A DNA stretch of 64,000 bases from Candidatus Saccharimonadota bacterium (GTDB lineage: Bacteria; Patescibacteriota; Saccharimonadia; Saccharimonadales; Saccharimonadaceae), in NCBI GenBank assembly GCA_030528355.1, contig JAUMZA010000001.1:71177-135176 (forward strand), given 5' to 3'. Below are positions 20,160 to 30,100 of the stretch, piece by piece. The notes under the pieces are model-generated. The model was not told where the DNA came from. It did not search any database and saw only the letters and a list, made by a program, of their open reading frames with translations. Positions within the stretch are counted from its first letter, which is position 1. Each line of letters opens with the position of its first letter. Made by a program: the position numbers and the translations under genes.

Positions 20160-21458
20160 ATGATAAGATATATGAAAAGCATAAGTATTTCTAAAATTGT
20201 TGGGCGTCAGATTTTAGATTCTCGTGGCAATCCAACTGTCGAAGCAGATGTTATCCTTAGCAACGGAGCCAAAGGTCGTGCGGCCGTACCTTCTGGTGCA
20301 AGCACCGGTAGCCACGAAGCGGTTGAGTTGCGTGATGGCGGTGATAGTTACGGCGGCAAGGCTGTCTTACAGGCGGTTCGCAATATTAATGAAGTCATTG
20401 CCCCCAAACTTATTGGCATGAACGTATATAATCAACGCCAGTTAGACGCTGCAATGCAGCAGCTTGATGGCACACCAAACAAGGCTAATCTTGGTGCGAA
20501 CGCCATTCTAGCCGTGAGCTTGGCCAGTGCCAAAGCAGCCGCTGAAAGCTTATTCTTACCGCTACACGATTACATTGCCCGCCTAGCTGGCACCACCAAG
20601 CAACAATCAATTCCACTGCCAATGATGAACGTCATGAACGGCGGCCAGCACGCTGCAGGCAGCACTGATATTCAAGAGTTTATGATTATCCCGCACGGAG
20701 CAGATACGATCCAGCAGGCTATCGAAATGGGAGCAAATGTCTTTCACAGACTCGCAAGCGTCTTAAAAGATGCTGGCTACATGACAACAGTTGGCGATGA
20801 AGGCGGCTATGCACCACGAGTCAGCCATGGTAATAGCGAACCGCTGCAACATATTATGCAGGCTATCGCCCAGGCTGGCTATATTGCAGGAACCGATATG
20901 TCGCTCGGGCTTGATGTGGCTGCAACCGAATTTTTTAATGACGGTGCATACCATTTATCTACCGAACATAAAACACTCAGCTCACAGGAAATGATCACCT
21001 GGCTTGAACAACTTGCCAACTCATACCCGCTAATCTCGATTGAAGACGGCCTTGCCGAAGACGATTGGCAGGCCTGGGCAACACAAACCACTCAACTTGG
21101 CGATAGATTGCAAATTGTAGGCGATGACCTATTAGTAACCAATACCACCTTGCTACGTCGTGCTATTAACGAGCACGCCGGTAACGCCATCTTAATTAAA
21201 CCAAATCAAATTGGCTCACTATCCGAAACTATCGATGCCGTGCTGATGGCCAAGCAAGCTAATTGGAACACAGTTATTTCACATCGCTCCGGCGAAACGG
21301 AAGATACCACTATTGCACATATTGCCGTTGGGTTGGGTGCCGGGCAAATCAAAACCGGCTCGCTTTCTCGCACCGATCGTGTCGCAAAATATAACGAACT
21401 ACTCCGCATTGCAGAGGCCGCCCCACACTTGCAACTTGCACGGCCATTCGAAAGGTAA
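20160..21458 (+). CDS. eno: Enolase
   Basis: Enolase motifs KIVGRQILDSRGNPTVEADV and SHRSGETEDT. The true start may be the second ATG at 20172. Confidence 0.95.
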   Translation: MIRYMKSISISKIVGRQILDSRGNPTVEADVILSNGAKGRAAVPSGASTGSHEAVELRDGGDSYGGKAVLQAVRNINEVIAPKLIGMNVYNQRQLDAAMQQLDGTPNKANLGANAILAVSLASAKAAAESLFLPLHDYIARLAGTTKQQSIPLPMMNVMNGGQHAAGSTDIQEFMIIPHGADTIQQAIEMGANVFHRLASVLKDAGYMTTVGDEGGYAPRVSHGNSEPLQHIMQAIAQAGYIAGTDMSLGLDVAATEFFNDGAYHLSTEHKTLSSQEMITWLEQLANSYPLISIEDGLAEDDWQAWATQTTQLGDRLQIVGDDLLVTNTTLLRRAINEHAGNAILIKPNQIGSLSETIDAVLMAKQANWNTVISHRSGETEDTTIAHIAVGLGAGQIKTGSLSRTDRVAKYNELLRIAEAAPHLQLARPFER

Positions 21459-21461
21459 CCC

Positions 21462-23117
21462 ATGGCAGTTATTGTATTCTACGAAGCAACGCCAATTGAT
21501 ACCAGCCAGCTTACTGACGGCCTACGAGAAACCGATCACTACTGGGAATATGTCTCGGGCACAATTAACGACCAAAACATCAACCCAGAAGCAGAGGTTG
21601 TTTCTGTGTTTGTTGATAGTATCGTTACTCGTGATCTTATGGATCGTATGCCAAAATTACGACTCATCGCCACCCGCTCAAGCGGCTATGATCATATTGA
21701 TCTTGACTACGCAAAGCAACGCAATATTACCGTGGTAAACGTGCCAAGCTTTGGTGAGAATACAGTGGCAGAGCACGCTTTTGCACTACTACTTATGCTG
21801 CTACGCAAACTACCGCACACCATCGAAACCACCAAAGACGGCTCATACGACCCCGCCGATCATGTTGGTACCGATCTTATCAACCTCACACTGGGGATTA
21901 TTGGGCTTGGTAGAATTGGTAGTTTTATGGCAAAGATTGCTGCTGGCTTTGGTATGAAGGTAGTAGCGTATGATATCAAGCAAGATGCTGCCCTTGCGGC
22001 GGAGCTTGGCGTTACTTATGTTGGGCTGGATGAACTGCTCACAACGAGCGATATCGTATCACTCCATGTGCCACTCACACCAGACACCTACCACCTGATT
22101 AACCGCTGCACCATCCATAAGCTTAAAAAGGGTGCGATCCTCCTCAATACGGCCCGGGGTGAATTGGTAGAAAACCGTGCCTTGGTGCGTGGGCTTGCGA
22201 GCGGACACCTGGCCGGAGCAGGTCTAGACACCCTTGAAGGTGAACGCTTTTTACGCACAGAATCGATTATTGGTAACTTGGTAGAAAAGGCCGCTTCACC
22301 CGAAAGCTACCTACACACCGCCGAAACCATGGCACTGCTACGTATGCCCAATGTTGTTATCACTCCGCACAGTGCCTACAATACAACCCATGCCATCCAA
22401 CGCATTAATACCTGCACGGTTAAAAATATTATTGATTTTTGGTATGGCAACACGCCAAATCGTGTTAGTGTTCCGCGCAGCTCTGGTAAGCTGGTAGTGG
22501 TGCGACACGGACAGAGCGAATGGAACGCACTTGGTAAATGGACCGGCACCACCGACGTACACATTACCGAGCTTGGCGTAAAAGAATCAGTTACTATTGG
22601 CAAGCAGCTGCGAACTATCCCGTTTGATTTTGCCTTTATTTCACAACAAGTCCGCACCAAAGAAACGATTGAAGCCATTAAAACTGGGGCAAAACAACCC
22701 GGCCTTACCTACGAAGAAACCGGTGCGCTAAACGAGCGTGATTACGGCATCTACACTGGCATGCGAAAAAATGATATTAAAAAAATTATTGGCAGTGCCG
22801 AATATGACCAATTACGACGCAGCTGGGACGGCCCAGTAGAAGGTGGCGAATCACTCAAAGATGTCTATGAGCGTACGATTCCGTTCTACTTGCGCATTAT
22901 CCTACCTCGATTGCGTCATGGACAAAACATTTTAGTAGTAGCTCACGGCAATTCTATTCGATCATTAATTAAGTATGTTGAAAATATCTCTGATAGCAAA
23001 ATCGGCGAACTAGAGATGATCCAAGGCTGTGCCTTAAGCTATGAAGTAGATGCAGAAGGTCGTGCAAAAACAAAAGAAACTATTCTGCTTGATACGTCAG
23101 AAGATATCGAACCGTAA
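21462..23117 (+). CDS. Fusion protein: N-terminal D-lactate dehydrogenase-like (D-isomer 2-hydroxyacid dehydrogenase) joined to C-terminal 2,3-BPG-dependent phosphoglycerate mutase
   Basis: 551 aa. Residues 1-335 carry GIIGLGRIGS (NAD-binding), NTARGELV, GLDTLEGERF and ITPHSAYNT, collinear with fermentative D-LDH. Residues 336-551 start with LVVVRHGQSEWN (the dPGM RHGESxWN motif). The ATG lies 3 nt after the eno stop. Confidence 0.85.
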   Translation: MAVIVFYEATPIDTSQLTDGLRETDHYWEYVSGTINDQNINPEAEVVSVFVDSIVTRDLMDRMPKLRLIATRSSGYDHIDLDYAKQRNITVVNVPSFGENTVAEHAFALLLMLLRKLPHTIETTKDGSYDPADHVGTDLINLTLGIIGLGRIGSFMAKIAAGFGMKVVAYDIKQDAALAAELGVTYVGLDELLTTSDIVSLHVPLTPDTYHLINRCTIHKLKKGAILLNTARGELVENRALVRGLASGHLAGAGLDTLEGERFLRTESIIGNLVEKAASPESYLHTAETMALLRMPNVVITPHSAYNTTHAIQRINTCTVKNIIDFWYGNTPNRVSVPRSSGKLVVVRHGQSEWNALGKWTGTTDVHITELGVKESVTIGKQLRTIPFDFAFISQQVRTKETIEAIKTGAKQPGLTYEETGALNERDYGIYTGMRKNDIKKIIGSAEYDQLRRSWDGPVEGGESLKDVYERTIPFYLRIILPRLRHGQNILVVAHGNSIRSLIKYVENISDSKIGELEMIQGCALSYEVDAEGRAKTKETILLDTSEDIEP

Positions 23118-23136
23118 GATAGCATCCCTATCAACC

Positions 23137-23169
23137 AAAATACCCCTCGTAGGACTGAGGGGTATTTTT
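23137..23169. terminator. Bidirectional intrinsic terminator
   Basis: AAAATACCCCTC-GTAGGACT-GAGGGGTATTTTT, lying between the convergent ldhA::gpmA fusion and pheT. Confidence 0.75.
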
Positions 23170-23194
23170 ATGCTACATATTACACATGCAAAAC

Positions 23195-25687
23195 CTATAC
23201 AATCTCAGCAGCAACCCTGTTACAAATCACACTGGCAACAGCAGCAATTACGGTATTAATTTCGTCAGACGACAATGTCTTTTCGTACGAAGTTAGCGAT
23301 AATCGCAGTGTGATGGTTTTATGTGCTGACTTTTCATCCGGTTGATATATTGCCACCGGCTGGAGCGACACACGCAGCCCATCAATAGCCATAATCCCCT
23401 CCTCTGCCGCTTCTCGCACCTCTGCGTACGACACGCTATTTGCGACCTTTACAGAAATATCTCGGGTGGTTGAGGGAAATCGGCTCAGTGGCACATAGTT
23501 ACTGCAGCGAGCCATCCACGCCGCTTCAAGCCCGGCAGTGTGCAAACTTGCAGCGGCAGTGTATTCAGGTAATTTAAACTGCGTACGCACCGTTGCTTTC
23601 AGCTCACCAACAATCCCCATCAATTCACCGGTCGCAGTTTTTACTAACGCACTGCGAGCAATGTCAAACGGAGCAGTTACTGGAAGCTTAGCGAATTCTT
23701 CGACAACTGGCGTAAACGTAAACTCAATTCCTAAATCAGCCCCAAGTTGCTCTACCATGCGTCGCACCACATAAAACGGTGCACCTTTATCTGGTTTTTT
23801 TGCTGCATACACCATATCGGTAAACTCAGCTTCGCTCGGCAAACCATCATCCGCAGTCGCATAGGCCTTGCAATGACCTTTACCCATTTCAAATAACATA
23901 AAGCGTTCGTGCCCAGCTTTAATGTTTGCATGCACCTTATCCAGCAAGCTTGGCAGTACCGTTAGGCGATAGTATTGCAAATCCGGACTCAATGCGTTAG
24001 ATAACTTAAATGCATCAGTCGGCTGTTGCTGTGCTTTTGTCAGTACTTGCTCATGCACGAAGCTATATGTGAGCACCTCGTTAGCACCAGCCCGAACAAG
24101 ACTTTCACGAATGTGCTGCTTTACCTGCCGACGGGTATTTTTTGCGACTGGCTTAGTGCGACGCTGCGGCAACTCACGAGGCAAGCGGTCAAATCCATAC
24201 AAGCGGCCAACTTCTTCAACGATATCTTCGGCAATAGTAAGGTCGGTACGCCAAAATGGCACGGTCAGGCGAATAGAGCCACGTGCCTCTTCGAGGCTAT
24301 GATTGTCGATTTCAACTTGTGTAAGCAGCTGGCAAATTTCATCGGTCGAGAGCTCGCCGCCTAGACGCTCGCAAATAAACTGGCTGCTAATATCGATATT
24401 TGCCGGCACGTGACGGCCGTTAAAGTACTCATCACACACCGCACTCGCCTGCTGGCCATCAATCATCGTCAGTAGCTGCTGCAGCACGGGTGCGGTCTGT
24501 AGTGGCGATTGCCCTTTATTAAACCGCGCCAATGCATCCGTAAAAATACCATGCCGCATAGCTGTTTTACGTACTGCATACATATCAAAATTTGCACATT
24601 CTATAATAATACGTGTGGTGCTCGCAGACACTTCTGTATCACTCCCACCCATAATACCAGCCAGGCCAATCGCCCGATTGCTATCTGCAATCACAATATC
24701 ATCTTCTGTGAGTGTAATCGTTTTACCATTTAATAGGGTGAGTGTTTCGCCTTTGCGTGCCATGCGTGCTACTAGCGTTGCATCGTTCACTGTATCGTAA
24801 TCGTAGGCATGGGTTGGCTGGGCGGTTATAAGCATGCTGTAATTAGTTATATCAACAATAGTATTAATTGGCTTGCCACCCATCGCAACAAGTTCGCACT
24901 GCAGCCACAACGGGCTCGGTTTGACTGATACGCCATCGATCGCTACTGCCATTATGCGAGGCACTTTATCTGTGGCTTCATTGATAACCGATAGCTCCAG
25001 CCCACTACCTGCCGCAAATTCCTGCGCTGCAGTGTACCATGCAGGGCTTGTAAATTGCTGCCCATAAATACCGGCAATCTCACGAGCCACACCCAACTGC
25101 CCAAAACAATCTGGCCGGTGCGTAAACATTTTATTTTCAATCTCTAGCACATATCCATCAAGCCCAAATACATCCGCAAAACGTGCTCCGGCTACAAGCT
25201 CAACGCCCGCTGGCATATCGTATGGTGTAATTGCAATAATACCATCGTGGTCATCATTAATACCCAGCTCGTCACCAGCAGCCAGCATACCCTGGCTCAT
25301 CACCCCACGCAATTGACGTGCCGATAATACAAAAGGTTCTGCATCATCATAGGTAACCGGCACCGTTGCACCTGGCGGCAACCACACTGCCCACATATCA
25401 GCCTGCACATTTGGTGCACCACACACCACCTGCACCAATCCATCATCGTTACGTGGCACATCGGCCACTACACCGCCATCATCAACCAAGCATACCGTTA
25501 GCCGATCAGCGTCGGGGTGCGGGCTACACGACACCACTTGCACAATTCGTGCAGCCCGATATTTTTCACCCAAGTTAATGACCTCTTCAACGCCACCAAG
25601 CCGAGCATTGATTCGCTCAACCAACTCATCAACTGGCGGCAACTCAAACGCCAGCAGCTTTTTAATACTATTAAGATTTACTTTCAT
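23195..25687 (-). CDS. pheT: Phenylalanine--tRNA ligase beta subunit
   Basis: 830 aa with the PheT domain order (tRNA-binding, B3/B4, B5, core, FDX-ACB). Confidence 0.95.
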   Translation of the reverse strand: MKVNLNSIKKLLAFELPPVDELVERINARLGGVEEVINLGEKYRAARIVQVVSCSPHPDADRLTVCLVDDGGVVADVPRNDDGLVQVVCGAPNVQADMWAVWLPPGATVPVTYDDAEPFVLSARQLRGVMSQGMLAAGDELGINDDHDGIIAITPYDMPAGVELVAGARFADVFGLDGYVLEIENKMFTHRPDCFGQLGVAREIAGIYGQQFTSPAWYTAAQEFAAGSGLELSVINEATDKVPRIMAVAIDGVSVKPSPLWLQCELVAMGGKPINTIVDITNYSMLITAQPTHAYDYDTVNDATLVARMARKGETLTLLNGKTITLTEDDIVIADSNRAIGLAGIMGGSDTEVSASTTRIIIECANFDMYAVRKTAMRHGIFTDALARFNKGQSPLQTAPVLQQLLTMIDGQQASAVCDEYFNGRHVPANIDISSQFICERLGGELSTDEICQLLTQVEIDNHSLEEARGSIRLTVPFWRTDLTIAEDIVEEVGRLYGFDRLPRELPQRRTKPVAKNTRRQVKQHIRESLVRAGANEVLTYSFVHEQVLTKAQQQPTDAFKLSNALSPDLQYYRLTVLPSLLDKVHANIKAGHERFMLFEMGKGHCKAYATADDGLPSEAEFTDMVYAAKKPDKGAPFYVVRRMVEQLGADLGIEFTFTPVVEEFAKLPVTAPFDIARSALVKTATGELMGIVGELKATVRTQFKLPEYTAAASLHTAGLEAAWMARCSNYVPLSRFPSTTRDISVKVANSVSYAEVREAAEEGIMAIDGLRVSLQPVAIYQPDEKSAHKTITLRLSLTSYEKTLSSDEINTVIAAVASVICNRVAAEIV

Positions 25688-25738
25688 ACTATTAGTTAGT
25701 ATAGCATTTTTTCTGTAGTGCGGCGAGGCATTGCCGCA

Positions 25739-27145
25739 TTATGAACGGCCCAAAATTGCATCTAGCATCTTCATGCGTGATGCCATGATTGATGGCAGAA
25801 TGCCACTCACAATTGCAACCATCATAATAATCTGAATTCGCAGCAACAGCTGTGGTAGTGAAATATCAAGCGTGACATCCGCAATCGGCAAGCTAAACGG
25901 ATGTGCAGTAAAATATGGCACCAGCCCGGCAAAGAACACTACTAGCCCCACTACAATCCCGCAGACTGCGTAAAATACCGACATCAACACATAGCTAAAC
26001 ACAATAATACGTGGCTTAACACCAATTGCCCGCTGAATACCGATTTGCCGACGCTTGTTAATAACATCAACATAAATCACAATAAAGATAGTGACTGCAG
26101 CAATAAACACGCCCACCACCAGCATAATCGCATCGATCACCGCAAAACTACCTGCAATCGAGTTCATATAACCAGCCGATTCCCGCCAGTTACGCACCTC
26201 TACGCCAGAAAATCCTGCCCGTGCTATTGCGGCCTTTACGGCAGCTTCATCCGCAGATTGCGTCCGCACCACAACCAAATTAGCCGCCCCGGCAGACGGA
26301 AACAGTGCGGCGGCTGCCCGCTGCTGACGCAAAATTGATTCTGACTGCGCCACCAGACTGCCGCTCAATTCCTCGGCGACATATGACGGTAAAAATTGCG
26401 TTACTTGCATTGGTAATTGTGACTGACTCCGCACGGTTGCTTCGTTACGTGCAAGCTCGTCTGTTACTTCTGCAACCAACTTACTCCAAGCACCACGAGT
26501 CATATAAATCTCACGATCGGCGTACATATACTTTGAACGAAACACCCCGCCAACTTTTACAGCAACTTCCTTGCCATTAATTTTTAGCGTGACCGTATCA
26601 CCAACCTTTGTGCCCTCAAGCGACTCTGCCAACTGCTTATTGCTGCCCGTCGCTACCACCTGCTCGCCCACAAAAATCGTGTTATCGTCTGGCAAAAATT
26701 TTCCGTCAATCGTGTAGTTATCAATGGCAATTGCCCTGGGGTATTCTTTTGGGTCGATAACTTTAACGGTCGTCTGTACTCGCTTTTCGCCAGAAGAAAG
26801 TTCACCATACACCGACAGCAACGATGACACATGCTCAACCCCATTCACCGTGCGAAGTTTATTTACCAGCATACCTGCGTTTTGTAAATAATCACCTGAT
26901 TTTTTAGGCTCAAGATAGACCTCGCCAACCATTAGATTTTTTACCTGGCTTTCAATACTCTTATTCACCCCACCAAGCAATGATGACACAAATACCAAGT
27001 TGACAAACGCAACTGCCATCAAAAATATTGTTAGCACCAGCGTCCATCTTCGCCCACGAATAATATACTGCCCCACCAATCGCCAGCCTAGCAAAAACTC
27101 ACGCCATAGCGAATTTTTAAATATTTTTTGCGATGCCTGACTCAT
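25739..27145 (-). CDS. ABC transporter permease, FtsX/MacB-like with large periplasmic domain
   Basis: 468 aa with an N-terminal TM helix, a ~250 aa extracytoplasmic domain, then 3 C-terminal TM helices of the FtsX type. Confidence 0.85.
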   Translation of the reverse strand: MSQASQKIFKNSLWREFLLGWRLVGQYIIRGRRWTLVLTIFLMAVAFVNLVFVSSLLGGVNKSIESQVKNLMVGEVYLEPKKSGDYLQNAGMLVNKLRTVNGVEHVSSLLSVYGELSSGEKRVQTTVKVIDPKEYPRAIAIDNYTIDGKFLPDDNTIFVGEQVVATGSNKQLAESLEGTKVGDTVTLKINGKEVAVKVGGVFRSKYMYADREIYMTRGAWSKLVAEVTDELARNEATVRSQSQLPMQVTQFLPSYVAEELSGSLVAQSESILRQQRAAAALFPSAGAANLVVVRTQSADEAAVKAAIARAGFSGVEVRNWRESAGYMNSIAGSFAVIDAIMLVVGVFIAAVTIFIVIYVDVINKRRQIGIQRAIGVKPRIIVFSYVLMSVFYAVCGIVVGLVVFFAGLVPYFTAHPFSLPIADVTLDISLPQLLLRIQIIMMVAIVSGILPSIMASRMKMLDAILGRS

Positions 27146-27876
27146 AGTAATTCTCCTTTCGACGGAGTACGCTCCTCTTTTACTTTGCCGTTTTCAAATA
27201 CAATTTGGCGAGATGCATATTGCAGTTCATCCGCTTCATGAGAAATCGCTACCACAGTAATACCTTGCTGATTAATCTTCTTAAAAGTATCAAGCACCGT
27301 TTTTGATGCTACCGTATCAAGATTAGCAGTTGGCTCATCAGCAAAAATCACCCGTGGATTATTCACCAACGCACGGGCGATTGCCACCCGCTGCTGCTCA
27401 CCACCCGAAAGCTGCGATGGCAAATGACGAGCCTTTTTCTCTAACCCAACCCGGGCAAGCTCGGCCAGGGCTTTCCGCCGTGCCTCCTTTACACTGCAAT
27501 ACATCAACCGTGGCAACATTACATTTTCTAACGCACTCAACTCTCGAATCAATGCATATTCCTGAAACACATAACCAACCTCACGTAGCCGCAATTCAAT
27601 GCGGCGAGATTCGGGCAAACGAGTCACGTCAACCACCTCATGCCCGGCTTTTTCTAAGTGAAACAAGATTTCGCCATCAGTAGGATAATCAAGCATCGCT
27701 ACCTGATGCATAAAAGTGGATTTACCGGAGCCGTTGCGGCCAGTAATCATTAAAAAATCACCGTGGTAAATAGAAAAGTCAACGCCATCAAGTGCTTTTG
27801 TTTCTGTTTCGCCAGCACCATAAAACCGCCGCAGGTTCTTTATTTGCATCACCGCCTGCTTTGCCTTTTTTGCCAT
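27142..27876 (-). CDS. ABC transporter ATP-binding protein (LolD/MacB-type)
   Basis: 244 aa with Walker [10 protein letters not shown], signature [15 protein letters not shown] and Walker B IFADEPT. Overlaps the permease gene by 4 nt. Confidence 0.9.
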   Translation of the reverse strand: MAKKAKQAVMQIKNLRRFYGAGETETKALDGVDFSIYHGDFLMITGRNGSGKSTFMHQVAMLDYPTDGEILFHLEKAGHEVVDVTRLPESRRIELRLREVGYVFQEYALIRELSALENVMLPRLMYCSVKEARRKALAELARVGLEKKARHLPSQLSGGEQQRVAIARALVNNPRVIFADEPTANLDTVASKTVLDTFKKINQQGITVVAISHEADELQYASRQIVFENGKVKEERTPSKGELL

Positions 27877-27953
27877 ACATGCCTACCTTTCGTTGACTAT
27901 AGTTACCACTATTGTAGCACGCAACATATACTCACACGCAATAATCATCCTGA

Positions 27954-28804
27954 CGGTAATCATTTATTTCGTGCGAGCATACGCCTGAGCAAGCAGTGTG
28001 CTTGCAGTTCGGGTGTGCGAAAGGCTGGAATAATCAAAAACTCTGCGAGCAGTGCAATAATAAAAGCAGTAATTGGTGCCGTCGCAGACTCTAGTGCACC
28101 CCGCCAATCAAATTGTTAAACACAGCAAAAATAACCAAACCAAGCAAGCCTGGCACTGCCGCAATTGCTCTCCAAACTCCCTGTATGTCGATAAGCTTAT
28201 TAGTAAGCTCCGGGTCGTGTGCGATTTCTTTTTCAGGTATATCCAACCGCCACATATGTAGCGTTGCAAGCAACATTAGGACCGCTGCAATCACCAACGT
28301 CCAACCCATGCCAATCGATACTCCGCTTATAACCGAAGTCACAATAAATCCAATTCCATTAACTGCACCAACCATGCCGTTCGCCTTATCCCGTTCACCG
28401 GATGACACTAGTAACGTGACGGTAGTACTGAGTGCGACGTTTCGCATGTTACCAATCACCGCACCAATCAACATCACAATGCCAAATAGCCATAAAGTTG
28501 GGTCGCTTGCACTTGCCGGCTTACCTTCAAGCAATAGCCAATATGTCACCATACTTACACTAAATGCCACACTGGCAACCACGTTGGCAAGCAGCATTGC
28601 TGATTTTTTATAATGACGATCCACAAACGAACCAAACGCCAGCGAAGCAAACGAAGTAAGCAGCATATATGCACCACCCAACAACCCCGTCACCAACACT
28701 GATTGCGTTGCCAAATATAGCCAAAACACCAACGCAAACCACACATAGCCATTGGTAATGTTGCTAACTAAATTATTTGCGAGCACTTTATAAAATTGCT
28801 TCAT
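27954..28804 (-). pseudogene. MFS transporter, probably disrupted (N-terminal 6-TM half intact, apparent frameshift near 28090, truncated)
   Basis: ORF 28091..28804 encodes the N-terminal half with MFS motif A (GSFVDRHYKKS). After its TAG stop, a different frame continues with a TM-like stretch (APITAFIIALLAEFLIIPAF) for about 45 more codons. The total is well short of a 12-TM MFS protein. Confidence 0.4.
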
Positions 28805-28958
28805 ACGCTTTAGCTAGTGTAGCATGTTTTTAGGCATCACCCCAATATCTCACCCTAACTATTGCATTTTACCCATTTTTATGATATAAATAAACCATCC
28901 CTTGCCTAAGGGTGATGCTGCACCGTGCAACATTAACAATCCGACAGAGAGGTGTAAT

Positions 28959-29498
28959 ATGTCACACGTTGACGTTTTGATGACGTATACCGAAGAGTTT
29001 CGCAAGCAAGATAGCGGCATCTTTGCAGAGCTTGAAAGTATCGAGCTCTACGTGCGGTGGCCCGGTGTCAATACTACGATGCGTCTCATTGCACAACAAG
29101 ACCCGCAGGCGACCCAGGAATGCCCTGCACAGTCAAGCGATGGCGCAATCGCCACGTTGCAAATTCCGCAGAGCGAAGACATTCACTACCATGCAGCCAG
29201 CCTACTGCTTAGCTATGCAGCAAAGCACGAGGTTGCCGCGCATCAACTGAACGTCTCCGCAGCCTTACCAACACAAGACAAGCATGTAGACCATCTCCAT
29301 GATGCTATCTACGAATTATCACCCCGGCAAGAGCGAGTGCTGCTAAAAGCATCTCATCTTGCAGCCACCACAGCCAAGTCAGCCAAAAAGCTGGCCGATA
29401 AGGCTGGGCATCGGCTAAAGGATGCGGGACATCATCTAAAAGACGGTGCCGCGACACTATCACACAAGCTACGTAAGTCGCACCACGACGACGCATAG
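28959..29498 (+). CDS. Hypothetical protein with C-terminal basic/His-rich repeats (GHxLKD)
   Basis: The ORF-track start at 28902 is TTG; the ATG at 28959 is preceded by GAGAGG. The C-terminus reads KLADKAGHRLKDAGHHLKDGAATLSHKLRKSHHDD. Confidence 0.55.
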   Translation: MSHVDVLMTYTEEFRKQDSGIFAELESIELYVRWPGVNTTMRLIAQQDPQATQECPAQSSDGAIATLQIPQSEDIHYHAASLLLSYAAKHEVAAHQLNVSAALPTQDKHVDHLHDAIYELSPRQERVLLKASHLAATTAKSAKKLADKAGHRLKDAGHHLKDGAATLSHKLRKSHHDDA

Positions 29499-29554
29499 CC
29501 CCGTCAAAGGGAAGGCCGAATCATCTCTCTGTCTTCTCTTTTTATATGCCTATT

Positions 29555-30088
29555 TTATGCAAGCAGCTTTTGAATAGATGCTTGCATTTTTTCTTGCACC
29601 AAAACCTCGTCAATCGGCGTGCCATCATCGTGCAAATCTTGCTTAAACACCAAATGTACATCACTCGCTGGCATCGTTGCACCAATTCTATCCATCAAAA
29701 AGCGGATATTTTCTATCCCGCCATGCGTATCCTTGTACCAATTATAGCCGACAGTCGCCACCGGCGTTTCGCACCAAGCCTTGCCCGCCCAGTCAAAAGC
29801 ATTCTTGAGAGCCGCACTTACCATGCCGTTATATTCTGGCACCAGTAGCACTACCCCATCGGCCGCAGCAATATCGTGCATCAGCTTTTGCACGGCTGGA
29901 TGTGCTGGGGCGTAACCATCCGCCAATGGTGCGATTTCCGAATCAAACATTGGTAAATTCAGCTCGCGCAAATCTGCCACCTGCGCCATAGCTCCGCTCG
30001 CCTCAACCGCTTGCACCGCCTGTGCCAGCACGCCATCAGCCGCACGCTTTGTGCGAACACTACCAGTAATAATGAGGATGTTTTTCAT
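29555..30088 (-). CDS. NAD(P)H-dependent FMN reductase (flavodoxin-like fold)
   Basis: 177 aa with N-terminal MKNILIITGSVRTKRAADGV, typical of the NADPH-dependent FMN reductase family. Confidence 0.8.
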   Translation of the reverse strand: MKNILIITGSVRTKRAADGVLAQAVQAVEASGAMAQVADLRELNLPMFDSEIAPLADGYAPAHPAVQKLMHDIAAADGVVLLVPEYNGMVSAALKNAFDWAGKAWCETPVATVGYNWYKDTHGGIENIRFLMDRIGATMPASDVHLVFKQDLHDDGTPIDEVLVQEKMQASIQKLLA

Positions 30089-30100
30089 AGTTATTCTCCT

